Source: an uncultured virus (IMG/VR IMGVR_UViG_3300020455_000010)
Lineage: Duplodnaviria > Heunggongvirae > Uroviricota > Caudoviricetes
IMG/VR virus record: IMGVR_UViG_3300020455_000010
Strand: one strand, 5' to 3'
DNA: 64,000 nucleotides
The position numbers were made by a program, and so were the translations under genes. The notes beneath the pieces are model-generated. The model saw only the letters and a list, made by a program, of their open reading frames with translations, made no database searches and was not told where the DNA came from. Every line of letters starts with the position of its first letter. Position 1 is the first letter of the stretch. Of the stretch, positions 38,939 to 48,758 are shown piece by piece.

Positions 38939-39086
38939 TATTTCTGATAGAGAATGTATCTACCGTTCTCTAGAAAATTGTGAAGACCTTGCTGGACTTG
39001 ATAGGAAACAAGTGCAACGTCTTATGAAACAATTTGAAGTTGAACGATCAGAAGAACTTATACAATCAGAGTACCCTCCGTTATAG
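38931..39086 (+). CDS. small hypothetical protein (51 aa)
   Basis: MPNISDRECIYRSLENCEDL...; overlaps the upstream stop. Confidence 0.55.
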   Translation: MPNISDRECIYRSLENCEDLAGLDRKQVQRLMKQFEVERSEELIQSEYPPL

Positions 39087-39117
39087 GGTTAAATAATAAT
39101 AGTAATAAGAATACTTT

Positions 39118-39417
39118 ATGTTATCTACTCAATATAGGTTGAGATTAGCAGCAATATGTAAGGACATAGGTGCTGGAGTTGAAGTTAGTTTAGAAGATAT
39201 GATATGGGCAGAGAAATTGTCCAAAGCAAATACTGCAGCAAGAGGTATGTTACAGACTGCAAGAAGAATTAGTACAGACCCGACAGACTCTTTTCTGAAT
39301 GAGTTGAACATTGGAGACCCCGATTCAACTCATCATCGCAGGGGTTTCGGAGATCCACAAGATGTAGTGGACTGGTTTCATAATGAGAGGTCGGATGATT
39401 GGAGGCAAAGAGATTGA
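39118..39417 (+). CDS. conserved cyanophage hypothetical protein
   Basis: MLSTQYRLRL...DMIWAEKL...DDWRQRD. Confidence 0.75.
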   Translation: MLSTQYRLRLAAICKDIGAGVEVSLEDMIWAEKLSKANTAARGMLQTARRISTDPTDSFLNELNIGDPDSTHHRRGFGDPQDVVDWFHNERSDDWRQRD

Positions 39418-39602
39418 GTGAAATTGTTCATAGTGTAAATATTATGATAGCTATACTTCTTGTAGGAGTATGTGTTACAATATACTGGATATTTAAATAC
39501 GATGATTGGAATCCTAACCCCGTTGTTTCTGGAGATAAACCCGAATGTATTCCAGAACACAATGACGAAGGCATTGAACCAATGGAAATTCGAACAGAAT
39601 AA
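39414..39602 (+). CDS. small membrane protein
   Basis: TTG start after GGAGG; one hydrophobic helix IMIAILLVGVCVTIYWIF. Confidence 0.55.
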   Translation: MSEIVHSVNIMIAILLVGVCVTIYWIFKYDDWNPNPVVSGDKPECIPEHNDEGIEPMEIRTE

Positions 39603-39620
39603 AACCCCTGTTGCTGACTC

Positions 39621-39628
39621 TATAAATA
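39621..39628 (+). promoter_or_regulatory. T4-type late promoter
   Basis: TATAAATA upstream of the nuclease and gp17. Confidence 0.7.
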
Positions 39629-39655
39629 AAGCTTTAATAGACATTACAATATACA

Positions 39656-40111
39656 ATGGGTACAATGACACCACCAAGCAGGAAGAGCTGCTACAATTTT
39701 CGTGTTACGAAGATCAAGAAGGTTCTGGATGGAGATACCATAGATGTGGTTATCGATTTGGGGTTCGACCTAGCGAAGACGGAGAGAGTGAGAATTGCTG
39801 GAGTGGACACACCAGAGAAGAGGACGAGGGATTTAGAGGAGAAGGCACTTGGATTAGATGCGACGAATTGGTTGAAGGAGAAACTAACTGAAACTATTAA
39901 AGGTGAAGATGAACTCACTATTAGAACTGAACTTAAGGGTGGCGTTGGGAAGTATGGTAGGCTTCTTGGTTGGCTTTATGTTGGTGAGGATGCTGTTTCC
40001 TTAAACCAACAGATGATTCAAGAAGGGTATGCTTGGGCATATGATGGTGGTAAGAAACAAAAGAATTTTGAAGAACTACGTAATATACGTAGATCACATG
40101 GTACTATGTAA
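39656..40111 (+). CDS. thermonuclease (SNase-like)
   Basis: VLDGDTID, RVRIAGVDTPE, GKYGRLLG, GYAWAY. Confidence 0.9.
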   Translation: MGTMTPPSRKSCYNFRVTKIKKVLDGDTIDVVIDLGFDLAKTERVRIAGVDTPEKRTRDLEEKALGLDATNWLKEKLTETIKGEDELTIRTELKGGVGKYGRLLGWLYVGEDAVSLNQQMIQEGYAWAYDGGKKQKNFEELRNIRRSHGTM

Positions 40112-41763
40112 TGGCATCTGATCAGATATATCTTGGTAACCCCCTGCTTAAGAAAGCAAACGTTGAACAGGAGTTTACCAAGAAACAAGTAGAGCAATAT
40201 ATTAAATGTAAGGAAGATCCTATTTATTTTGTAAAAAATTATGTGAAGATTGTTTCACTTGATGAGGGTCTTGTACCATTTAAGATGTGGGACTTTCAAG
40301 AAGACATCATCACAAAGTTTCATAATAGTAGGTTCAACATTGCAAAACTTCCTAGACAAACTGGTAAGAGCACCACTGTGGTCTCCTATCTTCTTCACTA
40401 TGCTTTGTTTAATGATAGTGTCAATATTGGTATTCTTGCAAACAAGGCATCCACTGCAAGGGACTTGTTAGGTAGACTACAAACTGCTTACGAAAATTTA
40501 CCGAAGTGGATACAACAGGGTGTTATATCCTGGAATAAAGGTAGCATGGAGTTGGAGAATGGATCAAAGATTCTTGCTGCATCTACTTCAGCATCTGCTG
40601 TTCGAGGTATGTCTTTCAACATCATCTTCCTTGATGAGTTTGCTTTCGTTCCTAATCACATTGCTGAATCGTTCTTTAGTTCGGTTTACCCTACTATTAC
40701 TTCTGGTCAATCTACCAAAGTTATAATAATATCTACTCCTTATGGTATGAACCACTTCTATAAGTTGTGGACTGATGCCGTCAATGGTCTTAATGGTTAT
40801 GAATTCTCTGAAGTGCATTGGTCTCAAGTACCAGGTAGGGATGAAAAGTGGAAACAAGAAACTATATCCAATACATCAGAGAGACAGTTTACCCAAGAAT
40901 TTGAATGTGAATTCCTAGGATCTGTTGATACTCTTATCTCTGCTACAAAGTTAAGATGTTTAACATTTGAGGAACCCATTAGTAGAAGTAAAGGTCTTGA
41001 TATATACGAGGAACCAAAGAAAGATTCTGAATATCTTTTAACAGTTGACGTTGCTAGAGGTATAGGTGGTGACTATTCTGCATTTATTATATTTGATATA
41101 TCAACTGTACCTTACAGCATAGTAGGAAAGTATAGGAATAATGAAATTAAACCTATGCTATTCCCTAATGTTATTAATGATGTGGCAAGAGCATATAATA
41201 ATGCATGGGTATTATGTGAAGTAAATGATGTTGGTGATGGTGTAGCATCTATTCTTAATTATGATCTTGAGTATCCAAATGTTTTGATGTCTGCTATGAG
41301 AGGTAGAGCAGGACAAATTATAGGACAAGGATTCTCTGGATCTAAAACACAGTTGGGTGTTAAGATGAGCATTACTGTAAAGAAACAGGGGTGTGCTAAT
41401 TTAAAACAAATTGTTGAAGATGATAAACTTCTGTTTAGAGATTATGAGATTCTTAATGAATTAACAACATTCATTCAAAAGAAACAATCATGGGAAGCAG
41501 ATGAAGGATACCATGACGACCTTGTGATGTGTATGGTTATCTTTGCATGGTTGGTACAACAGGAATATTTCAAGGAGATGACAGACAATGATGTTCGTCA
41601 AAGAATATACGATGAGCAAAAAAATCAAATCGAACAGGACATGGCACCCTTTGGTTTTATAACAACTGGTTTAGAAGGTGATGAGGGATTTGTAGATGGT
41701 GACGGGAATCTCTGGGAGTATGGACAAACACAAGAAGACGTATCATACATGATGCCCTATTAG
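40111..41763 (+). CDS. gp17: terminase large subunit gp17
   Basis: PRQTGKST Walker A, IIFLDEFAF Walker B, QEFECEF, HDDLVM. Confidence 0.97.
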   Translation: MASDQIYLGNPLLKKANVEQEFTKKQVEQYIKCKEDPIYFVKNYVKIVSLDEGLVPFKMWDFQEDIITKFHNSRFNIAKLPRQTGKSTTVVSYLLHYALFNDSVNIGILANKASTARDLLGRLQTAYENLPKWIQQGVISWNKGSMELENGSKILAASTSASAVRGMSFNIIFLDEFAFVPNHIAESFFSSVYPTITSGQSTKVIIISTPYGMNHFYKLWTDAVNGLNGYEFSEVHWSQVPGRDEKWKQETISNTSERQFTQEFECEFLGSVDTLISATKLRCLTFEEPISRSKGLDIYEEPKKDSEYLLTVDVARGIGGDYSAFIIFDISTVPYSIVGKYRNNEIKPMLFPNVINDVARAYNNAWVLCEVNDVGDGVASILNYDLEYPNVLMSAMRGRAGQIIGQGFSGSKTQLGVKMSITVKKQGCANLKQIVEDDKLLFRDYEILNELTTFIQKKQSWEADEGYHDDLVMCMVIFAWLVQQEYFKEMTDNDVRQRIYDEQKNQIEQDMAPFGFITTGLEGDEGFVDGDGNLWEYGQTQEDVSYMMPY

Positions 41764-41829
41764 GGTGGAATAGTCAATTAGAATAAATAATTCTAGATTA
41801 ATATTGGTAAACCTAGAGGAGTTTTAAAC

Positions 41830-44256
41830 ATGGCAAGTCAAGTCTCGCCTGGAATCATTCTTAAGGAACGTGACCTATCAAATGCAGTTATTGTAGGTGC
41901 ATCACAGATAAAAGCGGCTACTGCATCAACCTTCCAAAAAGGTCCTATCGGACAGGTGGTTAATGTAGCATCGCAGAAAGAATTTCTTTCAGTCTTTGGT
42001 GCTCCAGTCGAGGCTAATGCAGAAGATTGGTTCGTTGCTTCAGAATTCCTGAACTACGGTGGTAGATTAGCAGTTGTTAGGGCAGCAACTGGAGTAAATA
42101 GTGCATCTGCTGCTGGTGGTGCAGTTCTCGTTCAGAACGACGATGACTGGAATGCTGGTACTGGTAACGGCAACTTATATGTTGGACGTACTGCTGGTAC
42201 ATGGGCAAATGATCTATTAGTTGCGGTTGTTGATCGTGGTGCTGATCAGGTAGTTACATTTAGTGCTACACCTGCTGGTTTATCAGTTGGTGATACATTA
42301 ACATTTACAGGTGGAGCAACAGGTATTGTTTATACATGGGATCCTGCTACAAAGAAAGCAGCGATTGTATTAGACGATCCTTCATCAAGACTTAATACTA
42401 CTAACACTCTAGATTCTCCTGACACTGGTGTTGTTGCAACAACAAACACATTAGTAGGAGGAACAGGTTATGTAACAACTGCAGATGCTGCCACAACTGG
42501 TGGATCAGGAACTGGATTGACAGTTAATGCTACTGCTGGTACTGGTGCTGCATTAACAACAACCTTAACTGCTGGTGGTACTGGATACGTTACTGCTAAT
42601 GGTGTTAACACCACAGGTGGAAACGGATCAGGATTAATTGTTAATGTAACATCTTCTGCTGGTGCTGTTTCAACAGTTGCTATTGCTAACACTGGTGATG
42701 ATCTTTATCAAGTTGGTGATGTCATAACAATTGCTGGTGGTGGTTCAGATGCTACCTTCACTATTGATACTGTTCAAGGTCAGATTACTGCTGTTGTAGT
42801 TACTGATGGTGGAACTGGGTATGTAGTTGGAGATAGTGTTACTATAACAGGTGGTGGTGGAGATTCTACTTTCCAAGTTGCTTCTGTTACAGATACAAAT
42901 ATTAGTCTTACTGAAGTTAAAGACTGGTATACAACTACCGAGATTGGTAATACTGGTTTATCTTTAGGTTCAATTGGTCCACGTCCTGGTACGTCATCAT
43001 ATGCTGCTGGTAAAGGAGTATCATATGACGAAGTTCACATTGCAGTTATTGACGTAACTGGAAACTTTAGTGGTGCTGCCAATACAGTTTTAGAAAGAAT
43101 TCTCTATACATCCAAGTTAACTGATGCGAAAAATACAGAAGGTGCTGCTAACTTCTTTAAAGATGTAGTTAACGCACAGTCTACTCATATATTTGTTGGT
43201 ACAAACCCTGCTGCTGTTACCAATCCTGGTAGTGCTGGTGCAGGTTCTGCTTGGTCAGTTGATTCTACAACACTAGCATCTGGAACCAAGTTCCAACTTG
43301 CTGGTAAATTAGAAACTACTTTATCTGGTGGTGCTGATGATTATGCATATTCAACTGCTGAAATAGAAGGAGCATTTGATCAGTTTGCTGATACAGAAAC
43401 TGTTGATGTTGACTTCATCCTAATGGGTGGATCACTTGCAACTGAAGCAGACACCAAAACAAAAGCAGGAAAAGTAATTGCAATTGCATCTTCTCGTAAG
43501 GACTGTGTTGCATTTGTATCACCTCATAAATCTAATCAGGTTGGTACAGCAGGTATTCTTACTGCAACTCAACAAAAAGAAAATACCCTCAACTTCTTTA
43601 GTGGATTGACATCAACGTCATTCGCTGTATTTGATAGTGGGTACAAGTATTACTATGATCGTTTTAATGATAAGTATCGTTACATTCCAACTAACGGAGA
43701 CATTGCTGGTCTTTGTGTAAGTACATCTTCCGTTCTGGATGATTGGTACTCACCTGCTGGTGTTAACCGTGGATCTCTACGTAATGCAATCAAACTTGCA
43801 TACAACCCTAACAAGGCAGATAGAGACGAACTTTATCAATCAAGAATTAATCCAGTTGTTACATTCCCTGGTACAGGTGTAACACTATTCGGTGACAAGA
43901 CTGCATTGTCTTCACCATCTGCTTTCGACAGGATTAATGTTCGCCGTCTCTTCCTCAATCTTGAGAAGAGAGTTGGTGATCTAGCAAAAGCAGTTCTATT
44001 TGAACAAAATGACTCGACTACCAGAGCATCATTCTCCAGTGCAGTAAACTCTTACTTATCTGAAGTCCAAGCTCGTCGTGGCGTTACTGATTTCCTTGTG
44101 GTATGTGATGAATCAAACAATACACCTGACGTAATTGATCGTAACGAATTCGTTGCTGAACTGTTCGTCAAACCTACTCGTTCAATTAACTTTATCACCG
44201 TTACTTTCACTGCAACCAAAACAGGTGTTGCATTCCAAGAAGTAGTTGGTAGATAA
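41830..44256 (+). CDS. gp18: tail sheath protein gp18 with T/G-rich insertions
   Basis: SPGIILKERD, WYSPAG, FDRINVRRLF, FEQND. Confidence 0.96.
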   Translation: MASQVSPGIILKERDLSNAVIVGASQIKAATASTFQKGPIGQVVNVASQKEFLSVFGAPVEANAEDWFVASEFLNYGGRLAVVRAATGVNSASAAGGAVLVQNDDDWNAGTGNGNLYVGRTAGTWANDLLVAVVDRGADQVVTFSATPAGLSVGDTLTFTGGATGIVYTWDPATKKAAIVLDDPSSRLNTTNTLDSPDTGVVATTNTLVGGTGYVTTADAATTGGSGTGLTVNATAGTGAALTTTLTAGGTGYVTANGVNTTGGNGSGLIVNVTSSAGAVSTVAIANTGDDLYQVGDVITIAGGGSDATFTIDTVQGQITAVVVTDGGTGYVVGDSVTITGGGGDSTFQVASVTDTNISLTEVKDWYTTTEIGNTGLSLGSIGPRPGTSSYAAGKGVSYDEVHIAVIDVTGNFSGAANTVLERILYTSKLTDAKNTEGAANFFKDVVNAQSTHIFVGTNPAAVTNPGSAGAGSAWSVDSTTLASGTKFQLAGKLETTLSGGADDYAYSTAEIEGAFDQFADTETVDVDFILMGGSLATEADTKTKAGKVIAIASSRKDCVAFVSPHKSNQVGTAGILTATQQKENTLNFFSGLTSTSFAVFDSGYKYYYDRFNDKYRYIPTNGDIAGLCVSTSSVLDDWYSPAGVNRGSLRNAIKLAYNPNKADRDELYQSRINPVVTFPGTGVTLFGDKTALSSPSAFDRINVRRLFLNLEKRVGDLAKAVLFEQNDSTTRASFSSAVNSYLSEVQARRGVTDFLVVCDESNNTPDVIDRNEFVAELFVKPTRSINFITVTFTATKTGVAFQEVVGR

Positions 44257-44277
44257 TAATATAAAAGGTAATCAAAA

Positions 44278-44898
44278 ATGACAACAAAACTAAACAATTT
44301 TCTTTCTAAAATTGGTGAAGGCGTTAAGCCTAATATGTTTGTGGTCGATATTAGTTGGCCACAAGATCTAGATAATAGACCAGAGGGAGATAATAGAGAG
44401 TTAGTAAACTTACTTTGTAAGTCTACTGCTCTCCCAGCATCAAACATTGGTGTAATCGAAGTTCCTTTTAGAGGAAGAACGGTTAAAATTGCTGGTGACA
44501 GAACATTCGATACATGGTCTGCAACATTCTTTAACGATAAAGACTTTAAGATTCGTACCTACTTCGAGAAGTGGTTGGAACAAATCAATACTCATGAGTC
44601 TAACAATGCTCCTTTATTTGTACCAACAAATAGTAATGCAGGATACATGGCATCTGTTAAAGTTAAGCAAATGCGTAAGGATGATAGAGAGTCAGGATCT
44701 ATACTACGTCAGTATGATCTACTACATGCATTTCCAACTAGTGTTTCACAAATTGATCTTGCTTATGATAGTAATGATCAGATTGAAGAATTCTCTGTTG
44801 AATTCCAGTATTCATACTGGACTTCACCTGCTTCACCTGAATCAAACTTGAATGCAACAGTTGCTTCGAACGCAAATACTACCTCTATCACAACCTGA
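44278..44898 (+). CDS. gp19: tail tube protein gp19
   Basis: PFRGRTVKIAGDRTFDTW, IEEFSVEFQYSYW. Confidence 0.95.
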   Translation: MTTKLNNFLSKIGEGVKPNMFVVDISWPQDLDNRPEGDNRELVNLLCKSTALPASNIGVIEVPFRGRTVKIAGDRTFDTWSATFFNDKDFKIRTYFEKWLEQINTHESNNAPLFVPTNSNAGYMASVKVKQMRKDDRESGSILRQYDLLHAFPTSVSQIDLAYDSNDQIEEFSVEFQYSYWTSPASPESNLNATVASNANTTSITT

Positions 44899-44932
44899 TA
44901 AATAGTAGTATCGCAAACTATACATTAATGTT

Positions 44933-46645
44933 ATGAGTCAACTGTTTGGATTTTTAATTAATAAGAAGGGGGATACAAAAGGTCAATCACCTATTCCCCC
45001 TAATAGTGATGATTCCGTATCCACTGTAGCAGGTGGATATTTTGGTACATACGTTGACGTTGAAGGTGTGTCTAAAAATGAGTATGAACTCATTAAAAGA
45101 TATAGAGATATGTCACTTCATCCAGAAGTGGATACTGCAATAGATGAAATCATCAATGAGTTCGTTGTAAGTGATACTAACGAACCACCTGTAGAAGTAG
45201 AGTTATCCAAGTTAGATCTTGGAGCAAATATTAAAAAGAAAATTCGTGATGAGTTTGATAGCATCTTAAAGATGTTGAACTTTGATAAAGGTGCTCATCA
45301 AATTATTAGGAATTGGTATGTGGACGGTAGAACATACTACCATAAAGTTATAGATTTAGAAAATCCTAAAAAAGGTATTCTTGAGTTACGCTACGTTGAT
45401 CCACTCAAGATTAGAAAAATTAGACAAAAGATTCAAGACCCAGAGACGAAAAGGAATCCACACAAGATTAAAGGAACAGCATTAGAATACGATTGGGGTG
45501 ATTACGTAGAATATTATCAGTATAAACCTAGAGGTTTTTCTGGTTCTATGAGTCTGCCTAATAATTCTGCTTCTGATTTTTCAACAGCAGAAGGAATTAA
45601 GATAGCAATCGACTCTATTGCTACATCAAATTCTGGTGTAACAGAACTGAATAAGAAGTATACTTTAAGTTTCTTACATAAGGCAATTAAGTCACTCAAC
45701 CAACTTCGAATGATTGAGGACAGCCTAGTTATCTACAGGCTTTCAAGGGCACCTGAACGCAGGATCTTCTACATCGATGTCGGCAATTTACCAAAGGTAA
45801 AAGCAGAACAATACTTGCGTGATGTAATGGCACGTTATCGTAACAAGTTAGTTTACGATGCTAACACAGGTGAGATCAGAGATGATAAAAAGCATATGAG
45901 TATGCTTGAAGATTTCTGGTTACCTAGAAGAGAAGGTGGACGTGGAACAGAAATTACAACACTACCAGGTGGACAAAATTTAGGAGAACTTAAGGACGTT
46001 GAGTATTTCAGAAAGAAGTTATACAACTCACTCAACCTTCCTCCTAGTCGTCTAACTGATGACAACAAAGCTTTTAATCTTGGTAAGACTACCGAAATAC
46101 TTCGTGATGAACTTAAGTTCACCAAGTTTATTGGTAGATTACGTAAGAGATTTTCTGCACTCTTCCATGATATCTTAAGGACTCAATTAATACTCAAGGG
46201 TATCATTGCTCCTGAAGATTGGGATGAGATGGAAGGTAGTATTCAATACGACTTCCTCTTTGACAATCATTTCAATGAACTGAAGCAGCAAGAGTTACAA
46301 CTTGCTAGAGTTAATCTAGTTACTCAAATGGATCCATTTGTGGGTAAGTATTTCTCTGTAGAGTATCTACGTCGTGAAATATTACAACAGACTGACAAGG
46401 AATACAAAGAAATTGAGAAACAGATTCAGCAAGATATCAATAGTGGCATGGCAATGAACCCAGTTGATGTTACTAACTTTGATACAATGGATCGTCAAAA
46501 TGCTGCCTATGCTCCAGAGATAGAAGCACAGTCTCAAGAAGACCAAGCTGCTATCGATCAGGCACAAGCAGATGATGATCATAACAAAGAAATGCAAAAG
46601 ATGAAAGCAGCACCAAAGACTAAAGCTACTCCATCGACTAAATAA
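44933..46645 (+). CDS. gp20: portal protein gp20
   Basis: IYRLSRAPERRIFYIDVGNLP, EDFWLPRREGGRGTEITTLPGG. Confidence 0.97.
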   Translation: MSQLFGFLINKKGDTKGQSPIPPNSDDSVSTVAGGYFGTYVDVEGVSKNEYELIKRYRDMSLHPEVDTAIDEIINEFVVSDTNEPPVEVELSKLDLGANIKKKIRDEFDSILKMLNFDKGAHQIIRNWYVDGRTYYHKVIDLENPKKGILELRYVDPLKIRKIRQKIQDPETKRNPHKIKGTALEYDWGDYVEYYQYKPRGFSGSMSLPNNSASDFSTAEGIKIAIDSIATSNSGVTELNKKYTLSFLHKAIKSLNQLRMIEDSLVIYRLSRAPERRIFYIDVGNLPKVKAEQYLRDVMARYRNKLVYDANTGEIRDDKKHMSMLEDFWLPRREGGRGTEITTLPGGQNLGELKDVEYFRKKLYNSLNLPPSRLTDDNKAFNLGKTTEILRDELKFTKFIGRLRKRFSALFHDILRTQLILKGIIAPEDWDEMEGSIQYDFLFDNHFNELKQQELQLARVNLVTQMDPFVGKYFSVEYLRREILQQTDKEYKEIEKQIQQDINSGMAMNPVDVTNFDTMDRQNAAYAPEIEAQSQEDQAAIDQAQADDDHNKEMQKMKAAPKTKATPSTK

Positions 46646-46665
46646 TTCTTACACTTGTATAAATT

Positions 46666-46860
46666 ATGGATAAACCATTAGATTCTGAAGTGGTCGATAT
46701 TGTTGACCTCCTTGCCGATAAAAAAAGAGCAGAAGCTCTGGATAAGATAAGTGATTATCTTTATTCTAAAGCATCGGATGTTATTGACACTTACAAGCAA
46801 ACTGTAGCATCATCATATTTTGATGAACCTACTCCATCATCGGAGACTAGCGAAGAATGA
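46666..46860 (+). CDS. small prohead core protein (gp67/gp68 position)
   Basis: Small acidic helical ORF between gp20 and gp21. Confidence 0.6.
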   Translation: MDKPLDSEVVDIVDLLADKKRAEALDKISDYLYSKASDVIDTYKQTVASSYFDEPTPSSETSEE

Positions 46861-47501
46861 AACTTATTACCGAGAACATTGAATCAGTTGAGTTAATCAC
46901 TGAAGAAAAGGACGGCGAAAAGAAACTCTATATTGAGGGTGTCTTTCTTCAGTCTGAAGTAAAGAATCGCAATGGAAGGGTTTATCCTTTCAAGGTTCTC
47001 GATAATGAAGTTAAAAGATACCATGAAGAGTATATCAAACCAGGTCGTGCCCTAGGTGAACTAGGTCATCCCGATGGTCCTACTGTAAACCTTGATCGTG
47101 TATCACACAGGATCGTAAGTTTAAAAGCAGAAGGAAATAACTTCATTGGTAAAGCACATATTCTTGATACTCCTAACGGCAAGATTGCCAAGTCATTGTT
47201 AGGTGAAGGAGTAAAATTAGGTGTGTCTTCTAGAGGCATGGGTACTCTCGATAAACAAGAGGGTGTTTCTTATGTCATGGATGACTTCATGCTTGCAACT
47301 GCTGCTGATATAGTAGCAGATCCCTCTGCACCAGATGCTTTTGTAAATGGCATCATGGAAGGTAAAGAGTGGGTATGGAATAACGGAATTCTTAAAGAAC
47401 AAACCGTTGATAAATACCAACAGGCTATTAAGTCTGCATCAAAGGGAGAACTGGAAGAAAAGACTCTTAAAGTCTTTGAACACTTCCTGTCATCTCTATG
47501 A
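46857..47501 (+). CDS. gp21: prohead protease gp21
   Basis: NRNGRVY, ALGELGHP, GVSSRGMG, DIVADPSAPDA. Confidence 0.96.
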   Translation: MKLITENIESVELITEEKDGEKKLYIEGVFLQSEVKNRNGRVYPFKVLDNEVKRYHEEYIKPGRALGELGHPDGPTVNLDRVSHRIVSLKAEGNNFIGKAHILDTPNGKIAKSLLGEGVKLGVSSRGMGTLDKQEGVSYVMDDFMLATAADIVADPSAPDAFVNGIMEGKEWVWNNGILKEQTVDKYQQAIKSASKGELEEKTLKVFEHFLSSL

Positions 47502-47503
47502 TT

Positions 47504-47511
47504 TATAAATA
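47504..47511 (+). promoter_or_regulatory. T4-type late promoter
   Basis: TATAAATA upstream of gp22. Confidence 0.75.
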
Positions 47512-47553
47512 AAAACAGATAATTATATCAGAAAAATTTTAGGGGAAACTCAA

Positions 47554-48726
47554 ATGTCAGATATGCTAAACGAAAAGTTTGAAGAGTTTGTAACTGAATC
47601 GCATAAGGAACTTGCCGAAACAATAGGACAAGAACCAATGCCTTCAATTGCAGCTAATGTTATTCCTGGTGGTGATTCTTATCACGCCACTGGTCAAACT
47701 AAAGGTGCCGTGAATGGTGCTGCAGGTGCTCCCGAAGGACGTACTGGTCATGCAGCAGATTTGAGTACTGATGTTGCCACAGGTGGACAGTCTATCACCG
47801 ATAACGGTGGTCCTGTTCCAACAGGTAATGAGGAAGGTGAAGACAACCCAGGAGCGAAAGCATCCGCACCATTAAATGCAGTCTCTGGAGATCCCCAACA
47901 GAGAGGCACTGGTAAAGATGAACCTGCTGGTTCTACACCAAAGTTTAACCATAGTATTACTCATGGTACAACGACAGGTCCTGATGTAGCATATCCCATC
48001 AAGCCTTCATTTGAAGAAGTTGACATGTCCTCTGACATTGACGCATTGACAGAAGGTGCTGAACTTTCTGATGAATTCAAAGCGAAAGCAAAAACAATTT
48101 TTGAAGCTGCTGTTAAGTCTAAACTCTCTGAAGAGTGGACTAAACTAGAAGAGCAGTTCAAAACACAACTCGAAGCAAAGACCGAAGAAATTAGAACGGA
48201 ACTTGCCGAGGAAGTAAACGGTACCTGTAAGTATGCCGTTACAAACTGGTTAGAAGAGAACCAGATTGCCATAGACCGTGGTATCAGAAACGAAATCACT
48301 GAAGATTTCATATCAGGTCTTAAGAATCTCTTTAACGAGCATTATATTACTATCCCCGAAGACAAAGAAGATGTCGTCGAGGGTTTGACTGAAGATCTTC
48401 GTAAAATGGAGGAGCGTCTTAATGAACAGATTAAGAGCAATGTGGAACTTAATAAAAGTCTAGACGAGACTGCAAGAATAGTCGTTCTGAAAACTGTTTC
48501 AGAAGGATTAGCAGATACTCAAGCAGACAAACTTGCTTCTCTTGCAGAGGCAGTCGAGTTTGAGTCAGAGGAGAAGTTCGCTGATAAACTCAAGACTCTT
48601 CGTGAGTCATACTTCCCTGCTTCACCAAAGGCACCTGTTGCCGAAGCAAGTGATGAGTCACCAGTAGATGAGACAGTAGCACCAGCAATGTCTGCTTACA
48701 TGTCTGCCATCGAGAAGTGGCAATAA
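47554..48726 (+). CDS. gp22: prohead scaffold protein gp22
   Basis: KAKTIFEAAV, LKTLRESYF; acidic coiled coil before gp23. Confidence 0.92.
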   Translation: MSDMLNEKFEEFVTESHKELAETIGQEPMPSIAANVIPGGDSYHATGQTKGAVNGAAGAPEGRTGHAADLSTDVATGGQSITDNGGPVPTGNEEGEDNPGAKASAPLNAVSGDPQQRGTGKDEPAGSTPKFNHSITHGTTTGPDVAYPIKPSFEEVDMSSDIDALTEGAELSDEFKAKAKTIFEAAVKSKLSEEWTKLEEQFKTQLEAKTEEIRTELAEEVNGTCKYAVTNWLEENQIAIDRGIRNEITEDFISGLKNLFNEHYITIPEDKEDVVEGLTEDLRKMEERLNEQIKSNVELNKSLDETARIVVLKTVSEGLADTQADKLASLAEAVEFESEEKFADKLKTLRESYFPASPKAPVAEASDESPVDETVAPAMSAYMSAIEKWQ

Positions 48727-48758
48727 TAATACTATAACACACAACTTTTAGAGAAAAA

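Noticed and set aside
39472..39891. 139-aa ORF overlapping the membrane protein and nuclease
   Set aside because: Spans a late promoter and overlaps two better-supported genes
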